NCBI GenBank assembly: GCA_964615625.1
Contig: CAZTQT010000004.1
Location: 2,728-66,727 of the forward strand
Direction of reading: 5' to 3'
Source: an uncultured Candidatus Saccharibacteria bacterium
GTDB taxonomy: Bacteria; Patescibacteriota; WWE3; UBA101185; UBA10185
DNA length: 64,000 nt
A model generated the notes under the pieces. It was not told the DNA's origin. It ran no database searches and saw nothing but the letters and a program-made list of their open reading frames with translations. Made by a program: the position numbers and the translations under genes. Shown in pieces: positions 19,232 through 27,879 of this stretch (positions are counted from its first letter, which is position 1; the number at the start of each line of letters is the position of its first letter).

Positions 19232-20047
19232 ATGAATCAGTTAACATTACTAAATATTTTGATTATATTTGAAGCGATTTTATTACTGGTCCTGTCTTTA
19301 ATCGTCTTTTCACTTAAAAAACAATCTTCTAGAGAAAAGAATGTTGTTAAGAGTGATACTACAGTATTGAAGGAAGATTTTTTGCCAATAATTGTTCATG
19401 AAATGAGATCTCCCTTATCTATAATAAACGGTGCCGCTGATCTTTTAGTTAAGACCACAGACTCATTATCAGTTGAACAAATACATACTCTTTTAAACCA
19501 AGTAAAAGTATCATCAACAACATTGTTGGATATGGTCGGGAGCATTTTAGATATATCCAAAATGGAAAGTGGTAAGTTTGAGCTAAATAAAAAAATGTCT
19601 AACATAAACTCAGTTCTTGATGATGAGTGTTCTTATTTTGAACCTTTGGCTAAGATAAAAGAAATGAGTTTAGAGTGTACATCTAATGTTGATATCCCAG
19701 ATTTTAGTTTTGATCCAGATAGGATAAAACAAGTTTTGAATAATTTAATATCCAATGCTATAAAATTTAGTTCAGAGAAAGACAAAGTTACCATTAGTGC
19801 GAGAAAGGAAGGTAATAAATGTGTCGTTGAAGTATGTGATATTGGTGTAGGTGTACCAGAAGAAGAAAAGCAGCTTCTTTTCCAGAAGTTTTTCCAAGCC
19901 TCTAATCAGGGTGGTCGTAAGGGTACAGGTCTTGGCCTCTTTATATCAAAGGGTATTGTTGAAGCACATGGTGGGAAGATATGGGTTGAAGATAACGAGC
20001 CAAAGGGAACAAAAATGATCTTTCAGATACCTATAAATACCAACTAA
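19232..20047 (+). CDS. Membrane-anchored sensor histidine kinase (HisKA plus HATPase_c)
   Basis: One N-terminal TM. H-box IVHEMRSPLSIINGAADLL, N-box LNNLISNAIKFS, G1 DIGVGVP, G2 GTGLGLFISK. Confidence 0.85.
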   Translation: MNQLTLLNILIIFEAILLLVLSLIVFSLKKQSSREKNVVKSDTTVLKEDFLPIIVHEMRSPLSIINGAADLLVKTTDSLSVEQIHTLLNQVKVSSTTLLDMVGSILDISKMESGKFELNKKMSNINSVLDDECSYFEPLAKIKEMSLECTSNVDIPDFSFDPDRIKQVLNNLISNAIKFSSEKDKVTISARKEGNKCVVEVCDIGVGVPEEEKQLLFQKFFQASNQGGRKGTGLGLFISKGIVEAHGGKIWVEDNEPKGTKMIFQIPINTN

Positions 20048-20097
20048 TCTTTATACCTGCCCTTGTTTGAGTGTATTTTCAGTGTTAACATTTTTAT

Positions 20098-22383
20098 ATG
20101 AATAAAAAAACTGCCCACATCCTTTGGTTTAAGGATGTTAATAAAAATGATATCCCGTTAGTTGGAGGAAAAGGTGCAAATTTAGGAGAGATGGTGAGAG
20201 CTGGTATTCCCGTACCTGATGGTTTTGTAGTTACAGCCAAGGCTTATTTTGATTTTATAAACTCTACTTCTCTAAAGAAAAAAATTATGACCGAGCTTTC
20301 TGGTTTGGATGTTGATAATTCTGATAAATTAATGAAAGCTTCAGAAAATATCAAGACAGCTATATTGCAGGCCGACATGCCTAAAGATTTAATTGAAGAG
20401 ATTAAAGATTTTTATATGGAGCTATGTGGGGAAAACGACAAATACGTGGCTGTTAGATCTTCCGCTACGGCAGAAGATTTACCCGAGGCTTCTTTTGCAG
20501 GACAGCAGGAGTCATTTTTAAATATTAAAGGGTGGAAGAGTGTAGCACGACATGTGCAAAAATGCTGGGCATCTTTATTTACAGCGAGAGCTATTTTTTA
20601 TAGGCAAGAGAATAAATTTTCTCATTTGAAAGTTGGTATTGCTGTTCCTGTACAGTTAATGTGCCAATCTGATACATCTGGAATTATGTTTACAGTTAAT
20701 CCTGTAACAAATAATAGGGATGAAATATCTGTAGAGGGCGCTTATGGTTTAGGTCAGCCAGTTGTTTCAGGTGAGGTTACACCTGATCAGTACACAGTAG
20801 ATAAAAAATCTTGGAAGATACTATCTAAAAGCATAGTCTCACAAGATTGGCAACTTACCATGGATGGCAATACACCTATTTCCACCAAATATAAAAAGAA
20901 ACAAAAACTTACCGATAAACAAATAATAGATTTAGCAAAAATAGGTGCCATGATAGAGGAGCATTATGGCAAACCTCAAGATATAGAGTACGGTATAGAA
21001 AAAGGAAGAATATTAATAGTTCAATCAAGACCTGTTACAACTCTTGAGCAGAAAGTCCAAAATGTTGTCGTTGATGAAGGGAAGGGGTCAAAGGTTATCT
21101 TAGACGGTTTGGCAGCTTCCCCAGGCGTTTTTGCTGGAAAAGTTCAAATAATTAAAAGCCCTAAAGAAATAGGTAAGGTGAAAGAAGGGGATATATTAGT
21201 TGCCGATATGACCAATCCGGACTACGTGCCTGCTATGAAGAGGGCAGGTGCCATAGTTACTGATCTTGGTGGTAGAACCAGTCATGCAGCTATTGTAAGT
21301 AGAGAACTTGGTGTGCCTGCGGTTGTAGGTACTTTAAATGCTACAAAAATGCTTTCTAATGGAGAAGTAGTCACTGTTGATGGGGCTTCTGGGAAAATAT
21401 ATGAGGGTGATATAACTAAAGTTGTTAGTGAGGTTAAAAAATCTGATGTTGATTTGAGCAAAATTAAGACTGCTACAAAAATATACGTGAATTTAGCAGA
21501 ACCAGAATTGGCAGAAGAGATGGCTTCAAGAAATACAGATGGTGTTGGATTATTAAGAGCAGAATTTATTATAGCTAACATAGGAACTCACCCAAAGAAA
21601 TTTATTAAAGATGGGAAGAAAAAGGAATTTATAAACAAATTGGCCGAAGGTTTGGAGAAATTCGCCGATGCGTTTAACCCAAGACCCGTTGTTTATAGAT
21701 TCACTGACTTTAAAACCAATGAATACAAAGGTTTAAAAGGTGGTGCGGAGTTTGAAACAGAAGAGCCTAATCCAATGATAGGTTATAGGGGTGTTTCAAG
21801 ATACATTAAAGATAGTGATGTTTTTGAGATGGAGCTTGAGGCTATAAAAATAGTTAGAAATAAAAAAGGTCTTAAAAATCTTTGGGTTATGATGCCTTTT
21901 GTCAGAACAGTTGAAGAGTTAAGAGAGGTTAAGAAAATAGTTTCAGCCGCTGGGTTAAGAAGAAGTGGTACATTTAAGTTTTGGATGATGGTTGAGATCC
22001 CATCTAACGTTATTTTACTTGATGATTTTATTGATGAGGGGATAGATGGTGTTTCAATAGGGACAAATGATTTAACAATGTTAACACTTGGTGTTGATAG
22101 AGATAATGAAAAAGTGGCTGATATATACAGTGAAATGAACCCAGCTGTTTTAGCATCTTTGGAAAAAATAGTTAGAACTTGTGAGAAGAGAGATATAACA
22201 TGCTCAGTGTGCGGACAGGCGCCATCAGTTTTTCCAGAATTGGTAGAAATGATGGTTGAGTGGGGTATGACATCTGTTTCAATCAGTCCCGACGTTATTG
22301 AAAAGACCAGAAGTATTGTCTATGAGGCTGAGAAGAAAGTGTTGTCAAAAGGTGGTAAAAGAAAAAAGAGTAAGAAAAAATAA
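20098..22383 (+). CDS. ppsA: Phosphoenolpyruvate synthase (pyruvate, water dikinase)
   Basis: GGKGANLGEM N-terminal ATP-grasp. VAVRSSATAEDLPEASFAGQQESFLN. Phosphohistidine domain GGRTSHAAIVSRELGVPAVVG. C-terminal PEP-utilising TIM barrel. 761 aa with a Lys-rich tail. Confidence 0.85.
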   Translation: MNKKTAHILWFKDVNKNDIPLVGGKGANLGEMVRAGIPVPDGFVVTAKAYFDFINSTSLKKKIMTELSGLDVDNSDKLMKASENIKTAILQADMPKDLIEEIKDFYMELCGENDKYVAVRSSATAEDLPEASFAGQQESFLNIKGWKSVARHVQKCWASLFTARAIFYRQENKFSHLKVGIAVPVQLMCQSDTSGIMFTVNPVTNNRDEISVEGAYGLGQPVVSGEVTPDQYTVDKKSWKILSKSIVSQDWQLTMDGNTPISTKYKKKQKLTDKQIIDLAKIGAMIEEHYGKPQDIEYGIEKGRILIVQSRPVTTLEQKVQNVVVDEGKGSKVILDGLAASPGVFAGKVQIIKSPKEIGKVKEGDILVADMTNPDYVPAMKRAGAIVTDLGGRTSHAAIVSRELGVPAVVGTLNATKMLSNGEVVTVDGASGKIYEGDITKVVSEVKKSDVDLSKIKTATKIYVNLAEPELAEEMASRNTDGVGLLRAEFIIANIGTHPKKFIKDGKKKEFINKLAEGLEKFADAFNPRPVVYRFTDFKTNEYKGLKGGAEFETEEPNPMIGYRGVSRYIKDSDVFEMELEAIKIVRNKKGLKNLWVMMPFVRTVEELREVKKIVSAAGLRRSGTFKFWMMVEIPSNVILLDDFIDEGIDGVSIGTNDLTMLTLGVDRDNEKVADIYSEMNPAVLASLEKIVRTCEKRDITCSVCGQAPSVFPELVEMMVEWGMTSVSISPDVIEKTRSIVYEAEKKVLSKGGKRKKSKKK

Positions 22384-22384
22384 A

Positions 22385-23608
22385 ATGAAAAAGATAGAAA
22401 ATATAAGAAGCCAAAAAATACTTGATTCAAGAGGTAATTGGACCGTAGAGACTAAAGTAATTTTAGAAGATGGTTCTGTTGCCGTTCAACCTGTTCCTTC
22501 AGGAGCTTCTGTTGGTGAAAACGAAGCTGTATATATAGATGTAGAAAAAGCTGCTGATTTTGTTTCAACGTCTATTAACGATGTTTTAGTTGGAAAAGAT
22601 CCAACTGATCAAAAATCAATAGATAATACGTTGATACAGATGGATGGTACCCATAATAAAGGAAGAATAGGTGCCAACAGTATACTCTCAGTGTCTTTGG
22701 CTTGTGCTAGGGTTTCAGCAATATCTATGGGAATGGAGTTGTATCAATATTTAAGTGTTCTTTATTCAGGAAAAGAGAAGAACAATGGTGATTTAAAATT
22801 TCCTACCCCAATATTTAACGTAATAAATGGTGGGGAGCACGCCAAAAATAAACTATCCTTTCAAGAATTTATGGTCATACCTGCTTTGAATACTCCATTT
22901 AACAAAGCTGTTCAGATGGGCGTGGTTATTTATAAGGATTTAAAGAAGTTGTTACTTGAAGATGATTTTGAAACTGGGGTTGGTGATGAGGGTGGGTTCG
23001 AACCTAGAGGTTTATCTGCTAGAACGGCCTTAGATTTCTTAGAAAAAGCAGCTTCTATACAATATGAGCCAGGTAACAATGTGTTTTTTGGGCTTGATAT
23101 AGCCTCCGGATCTTTTTATGAAAATGGAAAATATCATATAGATGAGGAGAACTTGGAGTTAAGTTCTGATGAAGTTATAGATTACTATGAAAAGCTTTTT
23201 GCTGATTACAAGATAATTTATTTAGAAGATCCTTTATACGAAAGAGATGAGTTTGGTTGGACCAAATTTTATAAGCAAAATAAAGATAAATACATGATTG
23301 TTGCAGATGACTTGGTTGTTACAAATCCAAAAATTTTGGAAAGAGTGTCAAAAGAAAAAATGGCCAGTGCTGTTATTGTTAAACCAAATCAAGTCGGGAC
23401 TCTATCGGAAACATTAGATTTTATAAAATTAGCTAGAAAGTCAAAAATGGATATAGTTATCTCTCACAGAAGCGGGGATAATATAGATGCTTTTATTTCA
23501 GACTTAGCAATTGCTGTTGATGCAGACTTTATTAAATCTGGAGCACCTGCAAGGGGAGAGAGGGTCGCTAAATATAATAGGTTACTAGAGATTTTTTACG
23601 GTTTTTAA
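22385..23608 (+). CDS. eno: Enolase
   Basis: IRSQKILDSRGNWTVETKV, PSGASVGENEA, LEDPLYERDEFGW, IVADDL, VKPNQVGTLSET, SHRSG..., IKSGAPARGERVAKYNRLLEI. The ORF-track start at 22298 is read-through of the ppsA 3' end. The real ATG is at 22385. Confidence 0.9.
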   Translation: MKKIENIRSQKILDSRGNWTVETKVILEDGSVAVQPVPSGASVGENEAVYIDVEKAADFVSTSINDVLVGKDPTDQKSIDNTLIQMDGTHNKGRIGANSILSVSLACARVSAISMGMELYQYLSVLYSGKEKNNGDLKFPTPIFNVINGGEHAKNKLSFQEFMVIPALNTPFNKAVQMGVVIYKDLKKLLLEDDFETGVGDEGGFEPRGLSARTALDFLEKAASIQYEPGNNVFFGLDIASGSFYENGKYHIDEENLELSSDEVIDYYEKLFADYKIIYLEDPLYERDEFGWTKFYKQNKDKYMIVADDLVVTNPKILERVSKEKMASAVIVKPNQVGTLSETLDFIKLARKSKMDIVISHRSGDNIDAFISDLAIAVDADFIKSGAPARGERVAKYNRLLEIFYGF

Positions 23609-24931
23609 TTATTTTTTCCTAACAACGTATGCAGCGTAGTCCTGTCCAAGAGGAGTTTCTAATTTAGAAACAGTTTCATTATCAAGATTTTCAAAATATT
23701 TTCTAAAACCTCTTATAGAATTGCCGTGGCAAGATATACCTATCTTAATATTTTTTCCATCTATTTCCTTTATTAGATCATCACAAAAATTACTTACTCT
23801 TTCACACACCATTTCTATACTTTCTCCATTTGGCGGTGCTGTATCATAACTTCTTCTTATTTTTAATAGTTTTTCAGGATCTTCTAGTTGGATATCCATT
23901 TTACTTTTTCCAGTTAGATCTCCATAAGATCTTTCTCTTATCCTTTCGTCAGTTTCAATTTGTAGATTTTTTGCAGATTCATTTTTAGACATTGCTATTT
24001 TCATTGTATCGATAGCTCGTATCTGGGGGGAAGATATTAATCTGTCAAATTTTATATCTTTAATTTTTTCGGCTAAAACTTCTGCTTGTTGTTTCCCTAA
24101 ATCTGTTAGTGTTGCTTCTCTTTTTCCGCTAAATATAAAATTGGCATTGTCATCTGTTTGACCGTGTCTAAAAATATACAATGTTGGAAATTCATCAGAT
24201 TCTTCCTTTGGCAACTCGTCAACTTTCTTGTAGTTAAGGAGATCTTTTGCTTGCTGTAATTTAGGGTCTTCTTTTTCTTCTGTGTCATTTGAAAATAATT
24301 TTTTCCTCTTTTTATACCCCCATACAAGGAAACCAACAATTAAAGCTAGTATTATGAAAGTTGCTACATTTTCAGATTTTTCCAGTCCTACCATTAAATC
24401 TTCTGAGGCGGCTAAACCAGCATAACCAACATATAAGTAAAATAAATTTCTTATTATTGTTCCTAAAAACGTTGTGGTAAAAAATAACTTCTTTTTTATC
24501 TTTATTAAACCAGATGTTATTGAAATAGGAGAGCTTGGGAATATAGGTAGTGCTCGTAGTGTGAAAAGTACCACCCAGTCTCTTTTAGTTCCGTTAAAGT
24601 ATTTACCTATTTTTTCTATCTCTCCTTTAGATACTCCTATTAACTTCCCAACTTTTGATGTGAAAAGATCTTCCATTTTATCTGTAATCACATATAAAAC
24701 CCATCCTCCTAGGGTTTTGCTTGCAGATCCTAGTATTGCAATTAATATTATGTAAACAAGTGGTCTGGCCTGAGCTTTTGTTATAGAACCAGCTGTTGCA
24801 AGAACAAACGGTGATGGTATTGGAGCTATCACTTCTTCTAAAAATGTCCCAACAATAGTAAATATTTCAAGAGGCACATGTTGGGCTAGTTTTTCTAAGT
24901 ATAAGATTATTGGAGCTATTAAATTTGACAT
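23609..24931 (-). CDS. Fusion protein: N-terminal DedA/VTT-family membrane domain plus C-terminal histidine-phosphatase (phosphoglycerate-mutase-like, RHG motif) domain
   Basis: N half LEIFTIVGTFLEEVIAPIPSPFVLATAGS with multiple TM helices. After about residue 245: LYIFRHGQTDDNANFIFSGKREATLTDLGKQQAEVLAEKI ... CHGNSIRGF (catalytic His). Confidence 0.7.
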   Translation of the reverse strand: MSNLIAPIILYLEKLAQHVPLEIFTIVGTFLEEVIAPIPSPFVLATAGSITKAQARPLVYIILIAILGSASKTLGGWVLYVITDKMEDLFTSKVGKLIGVSKGEIEKIGKYFNGTKRDWVVLFTLRALPIFPSSPISITSGLIKIKKKLFFTTTFLGTIIRNLFYLYVGYAGLAASEDLMVGLEKSENVATFIILALIVGFLVWGYKKRKKLFSNDTEEKEDPKLQQAKDLLNYKKVDELPKEESDEFPTLYIFRHGQTDDNANFIFSGKREATLTDLGKQQAEVLAEKIKDIKFDRLISSPQIRAIDTMKIAMSKNESAKNLQIETDERIRERSYGDLTGKSKMDIQLEDPEKLLKIRRSYDTAPPNGESIEMVCERVSNFCDDLIKEIDGKNIKIGISCHGNSIRGFRKYFENLDNETVSKLETPLGQDYAAYVVRKK

Positions 24932-25072
24932 ATAGACCTATAAATTCTACATCAGGGAAGATTTACTTACAACACAATGTACAGATTACATATTGAACAA
25001 AATATCTCATAACTTATTCAAAATTACCATGTTTGTACATAAATGTTTAAAGAATATGAAATATAAATTGTT

Positions 25073-25705
25073 TTAACTTCTATATCTTCTCACGATACCT
25101 GTTACCACACCTTGTATTTTTACTTGGTCTGAATTTACCATTATAGGATCCATTTCCTCATTTGCTGGCTGAAGTCTTATCACCCCGTTTTTTTCTTTGT
25201 AAAATTTCTTTAATGTTGCAAATCCCTCATCTATAAGAGCCACAACTATCTGTCCGTTTTCAGCAGTATCTTGTTGTTTTAGTACAACATAATCACCGTC
25301 CATTATCCCCTCATCTATCATAGATGTTCCTCTGACTTGTAAAACAAAACATCTCTTAGATTTTGATACCATGTCAGGAGAAACCATAACTGTAGACATC
25401 TCATTTTCAATTGCCTCTATTGGTTCCCCAGCTGCTATATATCCTATTAGCGGTAGTTCAATTGCCGATAAATTAGCATTAATAGTATTGTCTATAATTT
25501 CTATACCACGTACTGCACCGTCATATCTTTTTATAACGCCCTTCTTCTCCAAAGATTTAAGATGTTCATGAACGGTTGCCAAAGAGGAGAGTCCCATTGA
25601 ATCTGCTATTTCTTGCAAAGTTGGGGAGTGCCCATTAATTTGAATATACTGGGATATAAAATCTAATATCTGCTTTTGTTTTTTATATAAAGTTACAGGG
25701 CTCAT
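25073..25705 (-). CDS. lexA: LexA repressor
   Basis: N-terminal winged HTH (SPTLQEIADSMGLSSLATVHEHLKSLEKKGVIKR). Ala-Gly cleavage site region. S24 peptidase (VLQVRGTSMIDEGIMDGDYVVLKQ). Confidence 0.9.
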   Translation of the reverse strand: MSPVTLYKKQKQILDFISQYIQINGHSPTLQEIADSMGLSSLATVHEHLKSLEKKGVIKRYDGAVRGIEIIDNTINANLSAIELPLIGYIAAGEPIEAIENEMSTVMVSPDMVSKSKRCFVLQVRGTSMIDEGIMDGDYVVLKQQDTAENGQIVVALIDEGFATLKKFYKEKNGVIRLQPANEEMDPIMVNSDQVKIQGVVTGIVRRYRS

Positions 25706-25744
25706 TTTTCTCCTTTATTTAATTTAAATAATTTACGGTTTTTA

Positions 25745-25777
25745 TTCGTGTTTTTATGGTACCGAAAAATACACGAA
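25745..25777. promoter_or_regulatory. Candidate LexA operator (SOS box): imperfect palindrome TTCGTGT-N19-ACACGAA centred on GGTACC, in the lexA/uvrB divergent intergenic region
   Basis: attCGTGTttttatGGTACCgaaaaatACACGaag. It lies between divergent lexA and uvrB. A TTTATGGTA direct repeat follows it. Confidence 0.4.
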
Positions 25778-25809
25778 GCTGTCAATAAGTTTATGGTATT
25801 ATTTTTACG

Positions 25810-27813
25810 ATGTTTAAATTAGTTTCTCCATTTAAGCCAACAGGGGATCAGCCTCAGGCTATAAAAAAAATAACTGAAAATATTAAATCCGGACGTAAGG
25901 ATCAGGTACTTTTGGGTGTAACTGGTTCCGGTAAAACATTTGTTATGGCAAATGTTATTAAGAATATAGGAAAACCAGCTTTAATTATTTCTCACAATAA
26001 AACATTGGCGGCCCAGCTCTATCAAGAATTTCGTGATTTTTTTCCAGAGAACGCAGTTGAGTTTTTTGTTAGTTATTATGATTACTATCAACCAGAAAGT
26101 TATATTCCCTCAACAGACACATATATAGAAAAAGATTCTGCGATAAATGAAAAAATAGATAAATTAAGACTTTCAGCAACAACATCTCTTATGACTAGAA
26201 AAGATGTTATTGTAGTAGCTTCTGTTTCATGTATATATAACCTTGGTTCTCCAGTGGAATATGGAAAAGTAGCTATAGAGCTGAGAACAGGAATGAAACT
26301 TAGAAAAAATGATTTGTTAAAAAGACTTGGTCAAACTTATTACGAAAGATCTGATTTTGATTTTAAAAGAGGGACTTACAGAGTTGTAGGGGATGTAGTT
26401 GATGTTTATCCAGCTTATCAAGATAACGGTTTAAGACTAGAAATAATAGATGACGTGTTAATGAAAATTACCAAGTTTGACCCACTGACTGGGAAGACCT
26501 TAGTTTTAGACCAACAACAGCAGGGACAAGAAGGGTTTGCCATAATATATCCAGCTAAGCATTACGTAACAGATGAAGATAAAAGAGAAGGAGCTATAGA
26601 GAATATAGAGCATGATTTAGAGATAAGACTTAATGAGCTAAAAAAAGAGAATAAGCAGTTGGAAGCATATAGATTGGAGCAGAGAACTAATTATGATTTA
26701 GAAATGATTAGAGAGATAGGTTATTGCAAAGGAATTGAAAATTATTCAAGATATTTTGACGGTAGAAACCCAGGAGATGCACCATATTCTTTAATGGAAT
26801 ATTTTCCAAAAGACTACATAACAATAGTTGATGAGTCCCACATGACAATTCCTCAGATTAGAGGAATGTTTAATGGTGATAAATCAAGAAAAGAAGTTTT
26901 GATAAATTATGGTTTTAGACTTCCCTCTGCTTTAGATAACAGACCTTTAAATTTTGATGAGTTTATGAAGAGAAGAGGTTCTAGTATTTACGTTAGTGCT
27001 ACTCCAGATGAATGGGAAATAAATAAATCTGAAAAAAATATAGTAGAGTTGTTGCTCAGGCCTACGGGTATAACTGATCCTCAAGTTACAATATTGCCCA
27101 CAAAAGAACAGGTTGAGGATTTATTAGAAAAAATAAAAGATAAAGTTTCAAAGGGACAAAGAGTTCTTGTTACTACCCTTACAAAGAGAATGGCAGAGGA
27201 GTTATCGTCTTTTTTAGCAGAAAAAAATGTAAAAGTTACATATCTTCACTCCGATGTTGATACTCTTGAGAGAACAGATATCTTAGATAATCTAAGAAAA
27301 GGTGAGTACGATGTTTTGGTTGGAATAAATTTATTAAGAGAGGGTTTAGATTTACCAGAAGTTGGGTTAGTTGCCATACTTGATGCAGATAAGGAAGGTT
27401 TTTTAAGATCAGAAACTTCTTTAATCCAAACCATGGGAAGAGCAGCCAGACATGTTCAAGGCGAGGTTGTAATGTATGCCGACAATATAACAGGCAGTAT
27501 GTCACGAGCAATTTCAGAAGTTGATAGGAGAAGAAGTATTCAAGTTGATTACAATAAAAAACATGGTATTTCTCCACAGCAAATAGTTAAACCAATAAGA
27601 GAAAAATTAATAGACCAAGAAATAGAAGAGCAGATATCTGGTAAAAAAGAAAAGTGGGAAGATGTAGATTATAAACAACTTCCACCGTCGGAGCTTAAAA
27701 AGGAAATTAAAAATCTTGAGAACATGATGAAATACGAAGCTGAGGTTTTAAATTTTGAGAAAGCAGCTGTTTTAAGAGATAAGATAAGAGAAATAAGAAA
27801 ACTCACTAACTAG
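25810..27813 (+). CDS. uvrB: Excinuclease ABC subunit B
   Basis: Walker A GVTGSGKTF, helicase motifs, C-terminal UVR domain (EKAAVLRDKIREIRK). Confidence 0.95.
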   Translation: MFKLVSPFKPTGDQPQAIKKITENIKSGRKDQVLLGVTGSGKTFVMANVIKNIGKPALIISHNKTLAAQLYQEFRDFFPENAVEFFVSYYDYYQPESYIPSTDTYIEKDSAINEKIDKLRLSATTSLMTRKDVIVVASVSCIYNLGSPVEYGKVAIELRTGMKLRKNDLLKRLGQTYYERSDFDFKRGTYRVVGDVVDVYPAYQDNGLRLEIIDDVLMKITKFDPLTGKTLVLDQQQQGQEGFAIIYPAKHYVTDEDKREGAIENIEHDLEIRLNELKKENKQLEAYRLEQRTNYDLEMIREIGYCKGIENYSRYFDGRNPGDAPYSLMEYFPKDYITIVDESHMTIPQIRGMFNGDKSRKEVLINYGFRLPSALDNRPLNFDEFMKRRGSSIYVSATPDEWEINKSEKNIVELLLRPTGITDPQVTILPTKEQVEDLLEKIKDKVSKGQRVLVTTLTKRMAEELSSFLAEKNVKVTYLHSDVDTLERTDILDNLRKGEYDVLVGINLLREGLDLPEVGLVAILDADKEGFLRSETSLIQTMGRAARHVQGEVVMYADNITGSMSRAISEVDRRRSIQVDYNKKHGISPQQIVKPIREKLIDQEIEEQISGKKEKWEDVDYKQLPPSELKKEIKNLENMMKYEAEVLNFEKAAVLRDKIREIRKLTN

Positions 27814-27879
27814 GAATAATATTAATTGACCTGACTGTTTTTTGAGGTATATTATTTTTAGATCCTATCCCATATTTTT

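Noticed and set aside
22298-22384. An extended enolase N-terminus (MKRPEVLSMRLRRKCCQ...) from the ORF track
   Set aside because: This is read-through of the ppsA 3' end in another frame. The conserved enolase N-terminus begins at ATG 22385, immediately after the ppsA stop.
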